Assembly (NCBI GenBank): GCA_963668695.2
Contig: CAXXLQ010000004.1
Span: 2,848,001 to 2,912,000, forward strand
DNA from: Vicinamibacteria bacterium
Lineage (GTDB): Bacteria > Acidobacteriota > Vicinamibacteria > Marinacidobacterales > Marinacidobacteraceae
Length of the DNA stretch: 64,000 nt
Reading direction: 5' to 3'
Numbering within the stretch: the first letter of the stretch is position 1; every line of letters starts with the position of its first letter. The position numbers and the translations under genes were made by a program. Under the pieces are notes generated by a model. That model saw only the letters and a program-made list of their open reading frames with translations. It had not been told where the DNA came from and made no database searches. Of the stretch, positions 43,223 to 53,099 are shown one piece after another.

Positions 43223-44536
43223 TTATTCGCCGGCGCTGCCCGGAACCGTGTTCCCCGCGATCACCACCCGGTCGATGGACCTGAGGGCGGCGATGTCCGC
43301 GAGCGGGTCTTCGTCCAGCACGATGAAGTCCGCCCAGTTGCCGGCGGTAAGGGTGCCCACGCCTTCGATGCCGAGACACGCGGCCGCATCTCCCGTCGCG
43401 GAAAGCAGGATCTGCTCGGCGGTGAGGCCGGCCTCCGACATCTCAGCGGTCTCGATGTGCTCGAAGTACCCCTGAAAGCGCCCGGCCGGGCCGGTGTCGG
43501 TGCCGAAGGCGATCTTCACCCCGGCGTCGGCGACGGCCTTCGCATTGGCCATCGCGATGGGATAGTGCTCCCGGTAACCCTGCGCGGAGGGGCTCTCCGC
43601 CACCCGCGCCATCCGCTCCGGATCCTTCAGTTGTTCCAGCACCGCCGGGTCGGCGTCCTTCAGGAAGAACGGGTCCTCGAAGAACTCGGGCACCTCCGAA
43701 TAGACGAAGGTGGAGATCTCCCGGACCAGGGTGGGGACGTAACAGACGTCCTTCTCCTTCATCAGCTCGAGGAACTCCTCATCCACGGGCTGGTCCCGCA
43801 CGCTGTGGGCGATGAGTCCGGAACCCGCTCGCAGCACCTCCTTGGCGTCGTCCAGGTAGAAGATGTGGGTGGTGACGCGCTTGCCGGCTTCCTTCCCCAG
43901 CTCCATCACCTTCTCGATGGTCTCGGAAGAGACCCGCTCGTTGGCGCCGAGGTTGGTGTCCACCCGCATTTTCAGGAAGTCGGCGGGGAGCGCCAGGCTC
44001 CGGGCCGCCGATTCCGCGGCTTCCTCAGGCGTTCCGCTGGCGATCACCTCGCCGGCGATCCAGATCCGGGCGCGGTCCAGATTCTCGTCCTGCTCGTCGC
44101 GCAGTTGCGCTGCCTCGGGACCGTCCCCGCCCAGCGAAGCAACGCTGGTGATGCCGTAGCGGGCGTAGAGGCCGAGTTGACGGATCAGGTTCTCCCGGCT
44201 GTAGTGGCCCGTCTCGAGTCCGATGACGTCGCTCGCGTGCGCGTGGGCGTTGATGAATCCGGGAACGACGATCTTGCCGGAGAGGTCTTCCACCTGGGCG
44301 CCCGGCGGGATCTCCACGTCGCCGGCCGCTCCCGCCGCCGCGATGCGCCCGTGATCCACCACGAGCACCGCGTTCTCCACGGCGGCGCTCCCGGTCCCGT
44401 CCCACAGGGTGGCTCCGGTGAATGCCGTAACGCCGGGGAGCGGCGGCGGTTCGGACCCGCAGCCGCCGAAGGCGAGCAGGACGGCGATCGCGAACGGAAT
44501 GAGGAGGGGCTGCGTCTTCTGCGAGCGGATGATCAT
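43223..44536 (-). CDS. Amidohydrolase family lipoprotein
   Basis: AFGGC lipobox; PGFINAHAH, YGITS, IAHS, FGTD, G..ADF.VL..DPL. Confidence 0.88.
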   Translation of the reverse strand: MIIRSQKTQPLLIPFAIAVLLAFGGCGSEPPPLPGVTAFTGATLWDGTGSAAVENAVLVVDHGRIAAAGAAGDVEIPPGAQVEDLSGKIVVPGFINAHAHASDVIGLETGHYSRENLIRQLGLYARYGITSVASLGGDGPEAAQLRDEQDENLDRARIWIAGEVIASGTPEEAAESAARSLALPADFLKMRVDTNLGANERVSSETIEKVMELGKEAGKRVTTHIFYLDDAKEVLRAGSGLIAHSVRDQPVDEEFLELMKEKDVCYVPTLVREISTFVYSEVPEFFEDPFFLKDADPAVLEQLKDPERMARVAESPSAQGYREHYPIAMANAKAVADAGVKIAFGTDTGPAGRFQGYFEHIETAEMSEAGLTAEQILLSATGDAAACLGIEGVGTLTAGNWADFIVLDEDPLADIAALRSIDRVVIAGNTVPGSAGE

Positions 44537-44634
44537 GGTCGGTCGGGCCTCCGGAAACACCCGAGCATATCGACCTTGGATCGCTGGCTGACCGCCGCCT
44601 GATCTTGACCGCAGGCTGCTAGCGTTCCCGGACC

Positions 44635-45540
44635 ATGACGACTGCGACGATGGTCTCCGCGCCGACCGAATTGGGGCCGCCCGGAATGTGCGGAAAACTC
44701 CGTCGGGCCCTCCTGATTGGGCCGCGCACCGCCGGCTGGAAGGCTTCGGCCCCGTGGCGGGACCTCGGCTACCTCCATCCGCCGGATCCGGACGCGGCGG
44801 CGCGGCAGCATGCGGAGCTCCGTGCCCACCTGGTTGCCCGCGAGGTCGAACTCGTGGAGCCTGAAGAAGGCCTTTCCGGACTCAGTCCCGACGCGGTGTA
44901 CTGCCACGACGCCTCGCTGCCCGCACCGCGCGGCACGATCCTGATGCGGATGGGCAAGGAAAGTCGGCGGGGCGAGCCCGCGGCGCACGCCCGGATCTAC
45001 GAGGCGCACAAAATCCCGGTGATCGGTGCGATCGAGGCGCCGGGACTTGCCGAAGGCGGGGACCTCGTCTGGCTTGATGAGCGCACCCTCCTGGCGGGAG
45101 AGGGGTACCGCACGAACGCCGCCGGAATCGCTCAACTCCGGGACCTCCTCGCCGGCGATGGGGTGGAAGTCATTGCCGCGCCCCTCCCGTACGGGGACGG
45201 GCCGGACTGCTGCCTCCACCTGATGTCCCTGCTGAGCGCCCTGGACCGGCGGACCATGGTTGCCGACCTGCGCTTCCTCGCGGTCCCCACGTTCCGGCTC
45301 CTGGAGGAGCGCGGCTTCGAACTGATTCCCATCGTGGAGGAAGAGCGGGGGACGATGGCGGCGAACGTGCTGGCGCTCGGGGAACGGACCCTCCTCGCGA
45401 TCGCGGCCAATCGGAGGACCAACGACCGGCTGCGGGAAGCGGGTTTCGAGGTGTTGACCTACGGGGGCAGCGAAATCAGCCAGAACGGCTCGGGAGGCCC
45501 CACCTGCCTTACCCGACCCCTGGTCCGGGAGGCGGCGTGA
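44635..45540 (+). CDS. Amidinotransferase / dimethylarginine dimethylaminohydrolase / arginine deiminase superfamily
   Basis: DAVYCHD, RRGE, EGGD, RTN..G, LHL, ANVLAL, GGPTCLT (catalytic Cys). Confidence 0.9.
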   Translation: MTTATMVSAPTELGPPGMCGKLRRALLIGPRTAGWKASAPWRDLGYLHPPDPDAAARQHAELRAHLVAREVELVEPEEGLSGLSPDAVYCHDASLPAPRGTILMRMGKESRRGEPAAHARIYEAHKIPVIGAIEAPGLAEGGDLVWLDERTLLAGEGYRTNAAGIAQLRDLLAGDGVEVIAAPLPYGDGPDCCLHLMSLLSALDRRTMVADLRFLAVPTFRLLEERGFELIPIVEEERGTMAANVLALGERTLLAIAANRRTNDRLREAGFEVLTYGGSEISQNGSGGPTCLTRPLVREAA

Positions 45541-45812
45541 ACACCCGCATGCGCCGGATCGGCTGGCTCGTTTTCGGCCTTTTCGCCCTGCTCGTCGTCT
45601 TCCTGGTGACTTCAACGCTCACCATGGGCGAGGCGCGCTGCGAAGTGACCATGGAAATGGTGGGTCGCCAGGCCACCGTGACCGCCCGGGGAGCAACGGA
45701 GGCCGACGCGATTCGGGCGGCGGTTACCGGGGCCTGCGCCCGGATCGCGGACGGCCGGACGGCGAACATCCGCTGTCTGGATTCGCCGCCCCGCTCGGTT
45801 CGCTGCGACTAA
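45537..45812 (+). CDS. Small membrane-anchored Cys-containing hypothetical protein
   Basis: N-terminal TM helix, four Cys; GTGA overlap with the upstream stop. Confidence 0.7.
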   Translation: MNTRMRRIGWLVFGLFALLVVFLVTSTLTMGEARCEVTMEMVGRQATVTARGATEADAIRAAVTGACARIADGRTANIRCLDSPPRSVRCD

Positions 45813-45971
45813 CAGCCTGTGGTGAAAGCACCCCGCACGAGCCCCAGGAGGTCGCGCGCGGCGAATCCGTCGGTTTGTGTGCGTGCGGGGCGCTTTCCCC
45901 TCCCCACACCCCACCCCCGCGGCGCTGCGCGCCGCGAATGGATGCCTTCCGGGTTTCACCACAGGCTGTTA
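45810..45971. mobile_element. MITE-like element with family A ends but a different interior
   Basis: Perfect TAACAGCCTGTGGTGAAA / TTTCACCACAGGCTGTTA inverted ends. Confidence 0.75.
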
Positions 45972-46298
45972 ACAGCCGGTGGTGGAATCCGGGTCAGCGC
46001 CGAGGCCGGCCAGTTCTTTTGGTGGGGGCGAGGCCCAGTTCTCCCGGTGGGGGTCCGGCTGACAAGGCGCGTGAGGGAGGAGCCCCCACCGGGAGAACTG
46101 GCCCGGGTGTATTTCGACCGAAACGCAACGATGAGCGGCGCGCAGCGACGCGGCTCAGCCGGGATGGATCGCTGGCCGAGCCCCCACCGGGAGAACTGGG
46201 CCGCGTGGGTTCCACCACCGGCTGTTTGGCCGGGATGGATCGCCGGGCGAGCCCCCACCGGGAGAACTGGGCCGCCTGGGTTTCACTACAGGCTGTTA
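45970..46298 (-). mobile_element. Family A MITE-like element with nested modules, sharing a TA with the previous element
   Basis: TA|ACAGCCGGTGG ... CTACAGGCTGT|TA; reverse-complement core GGTGTATTTCGACCGAAACGCAACGATGAG. Confidence 0.8.
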
Positions 46299-46798
46299 AT
46301 TCCCCGCCGCGGCGGCTGCGCCAGGGTGCCGTCCGGACGGACGATGAAAGCCCGGATCGGGCGCTGGAACAGGACCCGGGCGGCAGCCCGGTAGCGCCGG
46401 GCGCGGGCCTCGGCGGCTTCGGCGCCGCCTTCCTGCATCGCGACGACCGTGACCGTGCCGCTCTCGCGCCGGTAGATCAGACTGGGGATCAGGACGACCC
46501 GGCTGCTTCCGTCCCTCCGCCGGAGTCCAACGCGGACGTTCGGGCGCAATTCGCCCTCGAGACGCCCCCCGGGTTTTCGCTCGCCGAGCGCGGCGAGGCA
46601 AAGCTGGTGCGCCCGCTCCGCCACCTGCCGGCGCCCATCCGGCGAGGGGACGAGGCGCTCGTCCGCAAGCCGGAGCGCCGCGTTGGGGTCCGGCTTCCTT
46701 CCGAGCCGGTCGGCGCGGTGAAGAAGCCGGTGGGCCAACACCCGCACCGCCGTCGCCGTGCGGTCCCGACCACCGGGACGATGTTCGCCTTGCTTCAC
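46286..46798 (-). CDS. Stand-alone degenerate PD-(D/E)XK-like domain, probably the detached AddA C-terminus
   Basis: GTG overlaps the helicase TGA; VLAHRLL, VVLIPSLIY, VTVVAMQEG and ARRYRAA follow the layout of the AddA nuclease without the acidic/Lys residues. Confidence 0.55.
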   Translation of the reverse strand: MKQGEHRPGGRDRTATAVRVLAHRLLHRADRLGRKPDPNAALRLADERLVPSPDGRRQVAERAHQLCLAALGERKPGGRLEGELRPNVRVGLRRRDGSSRVVLIPSLIYRRESGTVTVVAMQEGGAEAAEARARRYRAAARVLFQRPIRAFIVRPDGTLAQPPRRGINSL

Positions 46799-49482
46799 GC
46801 GCCCGGTGTCGCCTCGGCGTCCGCCGCTACCGGCGGGAGAACTTCGATGACGTGCTCCTCCCACGGGAAGCTCGCCCGGCGCTGTTTCGCGGCGAGGGCG
46901 GCCGCCGTCGTGAAGCCCGTAGGGAGATAGCGTGGCCGGTCGCGCCCGTCCGGCGTGCCGTCCTTCGTGAAGCGCGTCTTCCACGAGAGCGTCAGCGTCT
47001 CGCGGGCCCGGGTCATGGCGACGTACATACACCGCCGCTCTTCCGATTCGGCGCGTCCTCCGTCCTTGATCTGCCAGGCGGTGGCGTCCGCCACCAGGGC
47101 GATGTTCCAGACCCCGGGCTCGCTTTCGACCACCCGGGGAATACCGGTGTTCCGGCCGCCGCGCCCGCCACAGTCCACGACGAAGACGTGGTCGAACTCC
47201 AGACCCTTGGCGGCGTGGATCGAAAGGGCCTGGACGGCCCCCTTCGCCTGGACCGCCGCCTGGGTCGCATCGCCATCTGCCGCCTCGGCCAGCCGCTCGG
47301 CGATCCGCTCGAAACCGGTGAAACCTCCGCGCTCGAAGCTGCGCACCAACTGGAGGCCCTTCGCCACGTTCGCGGACTGCTGCCGGGCCTCGTAGCCGTT
47401 CCCGGCGGCCGCCTCGGCGCGGCGCACGTACTGCGTTTCCTCGAGAATCCGGGCGACGGTGCGGGAAGGCGGCAGCCGGCGCGCGAGCCGGACCCAGGGC
47501 GCCACCCGGTCTCCCGCCCGCTGGAGCCGCTCCGCGCGGTCCGAGCCCAGCGAGGGCGGAAGCTCCTGCGCTCCACAACGGAGGAGGTCCGAAAACGGAG
47601 TGGGGGACCCCCTGGCCCGGCGCAGCCGGACGAAGTCGTCGCCGGGGAGCGCAAAGAATCGGGAGCGCAGGAGTTCCACGGCCCGCCGGTCGGAGTGGGG
47701 ACGCGCCAGATAGCGGCAAAGGGCGCGCAGATCGCGGATTTCGCTGGTTTCGAAGAAGTCCGCGCCCTTGAGCAGGTAGGTGGGGATCCCCAACTCCTCC
47801 ACGGCGGTACGGTAGATCGGAAGCCGGGTACCGGCCCGCGCCAGGAGGGCGATCTGCTCGGGTTCGACCCGGTCTTCCTGGACGAGCGCCGCGATCCGCC
47901 GGGCGAGGCGGGCGGCGACGTCCTCGTGGCTCGCGGCCACCCCCACCGCCAGCGCCGATCGTTCCGAGCGCCTTTCCTCCTCCGGGCCCGGCGCTTCGGG
48001 CAGGAGGTCGTCCTCGTCGTAACGGAAGGCCCAGTCGGCGTCGCGATCGGCCTCCGAGCTCTCGGCGATCCGGTGTGAAGCGCGGTTCACGAAGCGGCGC
48101 AGGAGGTGGTGGGAACGGAAGTTCCAGCGGAGCACCACCCGCGGCGAAGCCGTGTCGTCCGGAGCCGCCAGGGAGCCGATCTCCCTCTCGGCCCGCTGCA
48201 GGATCTCCACGCGGGCGTCGCGGAAGCGGTAGATGGACTGCTTGTGGTCGCCCACCACGAAGATGGTCGGCCGCGAGAGCCGGCCCGCCGTAACGCGCTG
48301 CACTTCCTCGGCGGCGAGCCCCATCCCCGCGGCCCAGGGGGCGATGACCGCGCGGAGCAGGTCCCACTGGTGGTCGCTCGTGTCGTGGAACTCGTCGAGG
48401 AGCAGATGGTGATAGCGGGCTTCGAGACGGAAGCGGCTCGCCGAGAACTCTCCGAGACGCGAGAGCAGGTGGGTGGCGGCCAGCGTCAGGTCGTCAAAGT
48501 CCATGACCCCCCGGTCCTGCTTGAGCCGCTGGTATTCCGCCTCGACCGCCCGGAAGAGTCGCCAGACCGGATCGAAGGCCCGCTCGTTCAGGAAGTCGAG
48601 CCAAAGGGATCGGAACGCCTTGACCCGCCCGGCCACGGCGACGTAGTCCTCCTTCAGTTCGCCGGGAAACCCGCGCGGCGGGTTCTTGCGTCTGATGGAG
48701 AAGTAGCTCTCGAGCGCCTCCCGGTCCAGCGCGTCCCGGCTGCTTTCCTGTTCCTCGAGCCGGAGGGCCAGGCGGACCGCCAGCGGCATTTGCAGCGGCA
48801 TTTCCAGCCCCGGAAGCCCGTCGAGCGCTGCCTCCCGGAGACGTTCGCACGCGGGTGCGATCTCACCGAAGAAGGTGCGGAGGCACGGCGGAGAGGTGGG
48901 TTGCCGGTCCTCTGCCGCCGCTTTCTCCTCAAAATACCGCCGCCAGGTGAGTCGCCGGTCGAGGTAGCTGCGGACCGCCTTTACGACCTCGCCGCGGGAG
49001 CGGCCGAGCAGCAGGGGCAGGGAACCCAGCACGTCGCGATCGAAGCCGGTGACTCCGGAGAGGACCCGCCGGATGGCCTCCTCGCGCACCACCGGCATCG
49101 ACCGTTCGTCCAGGACCTCGACGCCGGGGCTCACCCCGGCATCCAGCGGAAACTCGCGGATCAGCCCGAGGGTGAAGGCGTCGAGCGTCGAGATGTTCAC
49201 TTCGGCAATGTCGGTCCGGCCGGCGAGGGCCTGCCGCCGGTGCGCCTTCCCCAGTTCGCCGACGATCCGGTCCTTCATCTCCTGCGCCGCTTTCCTCGTG
49301 AAGGTGAGGGCGAGGATGTTCCGGGGCGGCGTTCCCGCCTCGACCAGCGCCACGTAGCGGTCGGTCAGCACCGTCGTCTTCCCGGTTCCGGCCGATGCCC
49401 GCAGCACGACGTTGCGCCGCGGGTCGGCGGCGGCGCGCCGGGCCTCCAGATCGGGAGGGAAAGGAGCGCGCGAGGAGTTCAT
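46795..49482 (-). CDS. UvrD/AddA-like ATP-dependent helicase
   Basis: ASAGTGKT, LTFTRKAA, LDEFHDT, VGDHKQSIYRFR, NFRS, SIHAAKGLEF, EERR..YVAMTRA. Confidence 0.92.
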   Translation of the reverse strand: MNSSRAPFPPDLEARRAAADPRRNVVLRASAGTGKTTVLTDRYVALVEAGTPPRNILALTFTRKAAQEMKDRIVGELGKAHRRQALAGRTDIAEVNISTLDAFTLGLIREFPLDAGVSPGVEVLDERSMPVVREEAIRRVLSGVTGFDRDVLGSLPLLLGRSRGEVVKAVRSYLDRRLTWRRYFEEKAAAEDRQPTSPPCLRTFFGEIAPACERLREAALDGLPGLEMPLQMPLAVRLALRLEEQESSRDALDREALESYFSIRRKNPPRGFPGELKEDYVAVAGRVKAFRSLWLDFLNERAFDPVWRLFRAVEAEYQRLKQDRGVMDFDDLTLAATHLLSRLGEFSASRFRLEARYHHLLLDEFHDTSDHQWDLLRAVIAPWAAGMGLAAEEVQRVTAGRLSRPTIFVVGDHKQSIYRFRDARVEILQRAEREIGSLAAPDDTASPRVVLRWNFRSHHLLRRFVNRASHRIAESSEADRDADWAFRYDEDDLLPEAPGPEEERRSERSALAVGVAASHEDVAARLARRIAALVQEDRVEPEQIALLARAGTRLPIYRTAVEELGIPTYLLKGADFFETSEIRDLRALCRYLARPHSDRRAVELLRSRFFALPGDDFVRLRRARGSPTPFSDLLRCGAQELPPSLGSDRAERLQRAGDRVAPWVRLARRLPPSRTVARILEETQYVRRAEAAAGNGYEARQQSANVAKGLQLVRSFERGGFTGFERIAERLAEAADGDATQAAVQAKGAVQALSIHAAKGLEFDHVFVVDCGGRGGRNTGIPRVVESEPGVWNIALVADATAWQIKDGGRAESEERRCMYVAMTRARETLTLSWKTRFTKDGTPDGRDRPRYLPTGFTTAAALAAKQRRASFPWEEHVIEVLPPVAADAEATPGA

Positions 49483-49486
49483 GCCG

Positions 49487-52400
49487 TCAGGAGTCGAAGG
49501 GGGCTCCGGCGTCCGCCGGGGGCTGCGGCGCCCGCTCGGGAAGGTCCCGGCGGATGACCAGCTGGAAGTCGAAGTTCCCGTCTTTCCCGGGCGCGGGTGG
49601 GAAGGCCCCGGTGGCGAGTTGGTCGCGGATCTCCGCGAGCTGGGCGTCCTGCTCGGCGTCTTTCGGGGTGTCCTCCGGTCCGATCCATCGCCGGCTCCCG
49701 AAATAGGGAATGGCGAAGTCGGTGGGGGCTCCGTCCGCGGCCTCCAGGATGCGCGCGTAGAGCCGGGCCTGGAGGGGCTTTTGATAGAAGCGGCCCGACT
49801 TGTATTCGACCACCCGGCGCGTTCCGTCGGGCCGTTGATCGAGGCGGTCCAGCCGGCCTTCAACCCGCAGACGGGGTGTTCCGGGAGCGGCCGGCTCGGG
49901 CTCGCCGCCGATCCACTGCTCGAACTGCACGGGGAGCGACGGTCCGCGGTCCGCTTCTTCCCGGAGGAACCACTCCATCGCGCCGGGGGTCGCCTCGCCG
50001 CCGAAGAGCCAGCGCTCCTCTCCCCGCCGCTGTGTCGCATCCATTCCCCGGGCGCTGGCGAAGCGCCGGAACTCCTCCCGGAAGAAAGCCAGCAGGTCCT
50101 CCAGCGCGGACTCCCGGACGGCGAGTCCCCGATCGCCCAGGGCCCGGTAACTCTCCTCCAGGAACTCATGGAGGATTTCGCCGCGCTCCGTGGGCGGCGG
50201 GACGTCGGCGAGCTGACGCTCCTCGTCGAGCCGCAGCACGTAGCGGGCGAAGAACTGGGCGGGACTGGCCGCGCAGGTGTCCAGCGCGGTGGGAGAAACC
50301 GGGCGTTCCAGCACGGCGGCGGAAGGAGCGCGCCGATCGAGCGTGGTCGGCAGGGGCTCGCACTCCGCCCGGTCCGGCGGGCCCTCCGTGACTCGGGGTT
50401 CAGGAAACGGGATCCGGGAATGCGCCGGGCTGGCGGCGCCGATCGCTTCGGCCAGCTCGACTTCGAACGGGGAGACGGCTACCGGAAACCCGTCGTCGAG
50501 TTCGGGGCGAGTGAAGAGAGCGGCGGTGCGGGGAAGGCCGGGAATGGCTCGCAGGAGCCGGATCTCCCGCTGGCGGGCCCGCGAATGGCGCGAGCGAGTG
50601 GCTTCCTCAAGGAGGTGGTTGGGAAAGAAGATGTTGCGGGGGCGCGGCCCGGGCCAGTCGGCGTCCGCGACTCCGAGGAGCACCAGGAAGTCGTAGTCGC
50701 CGAAAGGAGCATCGGAGGCGGCGATCAGGGACACCCCCCCGCGATGAATCCCTCCGCCGCCGGTGCCGGTGTCGGGTGGGGGACGCCGTCCGAGCGTGCG
50801 GCCGTTCAGCAGCCGCCGGATGCGCCGGGGGAAGCGACCCGGCCCGCCGGCGAGCGCCCCGGGGGGCGCGGCGGCGGCCGCCTGCCGGAGCGTTTGGAGC
50901 ACGGCTTCCTTGACCTCGCCGTCTCCCTCCGCAGGAGGTTCGAGGCACGTTTCCAGGAAGTCGAGAAGCGCCTCGACTGCCGTCTGGAATCCCGTGCCCG
51001 GATCCCTTACCGGGCGCAGTCTCCCGGCAGCGGAAGCGAGCGTCCGGAGAGCGGCGGCGGCCGTCTCGAGCGACTCCGCCCGCCCGAGCCTTCGCTCGAC
51101 GATCGCCGGGCTGTTCGCGTCGGCCTGCTCCCCGTTCTGAATGTCACGGCGGATTGCTTCCGCCCTCCCATCCAACGGAATGGCGAGGGCGGGGAAGGCC
51201 TCCGGATCGTTCGTGTCCCGCAGTCCCGCGTCCAGCGCCTGTTTCTGGAGGATGTCGGCCGCCCGCGCGGGGGCGCCAGTGAGTTCGGAAGCGAGGAAGA
51301 ACGGGTTGCGCAGCAGGTTCAGGCCGACGGAGATCCGGCCGGGGTGGGCCCCGAACTCCAGGACGTCGGAAACGGCGGCGACCCAGGGTTCGCTGCTCAG
51401 GCGGGAGTCGAGATGCGTGTCGAAGGGGATTCCCAGCCCCGACAGCAGCGTCTCGGCGCTCTCGAGGTACCGGTGGGGCTCCTGGGCCACGAGCGCGCAG
51501 CGTTCGTAGCCCCGAAAGGCCTTTCCGCGGTTCTCCCGGAACCTCAAAATCACCGAAGCCGCCGTCCGGACCTCCGCCTCCCGGTCGGTCACGCGGCAGA
51601 CGAGGCCGCTACCCGACTCGGGGACGTAGATCGCCGGCGGGGTTGGAGTCTCCTTCGGCGGGCCGGCATTCAACGGAGGTGCCGGCACCGGAGGCGCCGG
51701 GAACGGGGCGGAGAAGAGGGTGGGTTGCTTCCGCGGCGGCGACGGGAGCGTGCCGGCAGCCGGGGAACCACCAGGCATCGGGGTCTCCCGAACTTCCAAC
51801 CAGCGGGGCAGCAATCCGCGGGGGAAGGGGGGCGGCGCATCGGCGGGAAGCGCCCACCAGAGGCCACCCGGCGGCAGCAGCGTGGCGAACAACCCGGCAT
51901 CCGCGAGGCGCAGGGCGTCTTCGCCGACGGCGAGCACCCGCGTTCGGAGCAGCATCGGACGGAGCGCCGGCGCGAATCGGAGCAGGCGGTCGCGGAGCGA
52001 ACCCGGATCAACCCGCGCAACCGCTTCGAGCGCTTCCTGGTAGCGGCGATGGGTTCGCCGCAGCCAGCGGGTGAGCGCCAGGAGGCGCAGCGCCCCCTCG
52101 TCCGTTTCCTGCGCTTCGGCAAGCCGCCTTGCGGTCCGCTCGGCGAAAGCCTCGAACGCCGACCCGTCCGGCCTGAGGTGGGCGTCCTTCGCCTGCTCGT
52201 CCAGGAAGGCGAGCAGCGGATCGGCGAGTTGCGCCGGATCCCCGGGAGGGACTTCGGGCTCGGAGGCTCCCGCGAGCAGCGCCTCTTCGATCAGGATTTC
52301 GCGGGTCAGCCGCGGCGCCACCCGGAATGGGGGCTCGAGATCGCCGGCGAGATCGCGCAGCGCGCGGTCTGCCACCCCTATCCAGGGAAGGGGGGAACCC

Positions 52401-52615
52401 TCAAGAAGCCGGGCGCGCAGCATGCGGTCAAACACCCAGGCGGCCCCCGTTCCGGGAACGACGATCTGGAGGCGCTCGCTGGCCGGGCCGGAGACCTGCC
52501 CGGGATCCGCAGGCGAGGCTTCCCCGACGACCCATTCCCGGAGTTCCCCCCAGTTTGGGAACCGCCGGATCTCGATCCGGCGCGGCGACTCGGGTTCCGG
52601 CAGGGAAGAACTCAT
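49487..52615 (-). CDS. AddB-like protein with C-terminal PD-(D/E)XK nuclease
   Basis: SPTAL...FFARYVLRL, RGEILH, GRLDRLD, VVEYKSG, LQARLY; lies directly upstream of the helicase. Confidence 0.85.
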   Translation of the reverse strand: MSSSLPEPESPRRIEIRRFPNWGELREWVVGEASPADPGQVSGPASERLQIVVPGTGAAWVFDRMLRARLLEGSPLPWIGVADRALRDLAGDLEPPFRVAPRLTREILIEEALLAGASEPEVPPGDPAQLADPLLAFLDEQAKDAHLRPDGSAFEAFAERTARRLAEAQETDEGALRLLALTRWLRRTHRRYQEALEAVARVDPGSLRDRLLRFAPALRPMLLRTRVLAVGEDALRLADAGLFATLLPPGGLWWALPADAPPPFPRGLLPRWLEVRETPMPGGSPAAGTLPSPPRKQPTLFSAPFPAPPVPAPPLNAGPPKETPTPPAIYVPESGSGLVCRVTDREAEVRTAASVILRFRENRGKAFRGYERCALVAQEPHRYLESAETLLSGLGIPFDTHLDSRLSSEPWVAAVSDVLEFGAHPGRISVGLNLLRNPFFLASELTGAPARAADILQKQALDAGLRDTNDPEAFPALAIPLDGRAEAIRRDIQNGEQADANSPAIVERRLGRAESLETAAAALRTLASAAGRLRPVRDPGTGFQTAVEALLDFLETCLEPPAEGDGEVKEAVLQTLRQAAAAAPPGALAGGPGRFPRRIRRLLNGRTLGRRPPPDTGTGGGGIHRGGVSLIAASDAPFGDYDFLVLLGVADADWPGPRPRNIFFPNHLLEEATRSRHSRARQREIRLLRAIPGLPRTAALFTRPELDDGFPVAVSPFEVELAEAIGAASPAHSRIPFPEPRVTEGPPDRAECEPLPTTLDRRAPSAAVLERPVSPTALDTCAASPAQFFARYVLRLDEERQLADVPPPTERGEILHEFLEESYRALGDRGLAVRESALEDLLAFFREEFRRFASARGMDATQRRGEERWLFGGEATPGAMEWFLREEADRGPSLPVQFEQWIGGEPEPAAPGTPRLRVEGRLDRLDQRPDGTRRVVEYKSGRFYQKPLQARLYARILEAADGAPTDFAIPYFGSRRWIGPEDTPKDAEQDAQLAEIRDQLATGAFPPAPGKDGNFDFQLVIRRDLPERAPQPPADAGAPFDS

Positions 52616-53099
52616 CAGTCGCAGGATCATACGGAGGGAGCACGCCATTTCCCGCCACCCTGGGAGTGCCCGCGGGCATCGCGATGGCGCCGGCGTGCTG
52701 CAATTTGCCGGGACGCACGCGCCCAGTTGTTGTGAGAATGCAGTAGCGCCGGGACGCCGACAGCCCAGCTGGCGCGCTGCCAGGGAACGCCGGGCAGTTC
52801 TCCCGGTGGAGCCCTTCAGACCGGCACCGCGGCCCGGGGGGCCGCGAAACCGCGTACCGTCGATTGCGAAGAAGCGCGGGGTGTGCAGGCCCCGATCATG
52901 GGGATTTCCCCCCCGCGGTTGGTAGCATCGTCGCCGGACCGGCGCCGGTTTCGCCGACTACCTTGGAACCCGACCCGGCGCTCCCAACGGAAACGGATTT
53001 TTGGCGCGGCAACCGGCACACGTGTTCCCACTCGGCACTGCGGGGGCAAACGGGGCACACCTTTTCTCCGAGTCCGCGAGATCTCCCGCTCCCCTGGAC

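Noticed and set aside
49412-52735. Long antisense ORFs (e.g. 1107 aa here; also 31552-33906, 54878-57325, 19781-21574)
   Set aside because: Shadows of real genes in high-GC DNA with no recognisable motifs.
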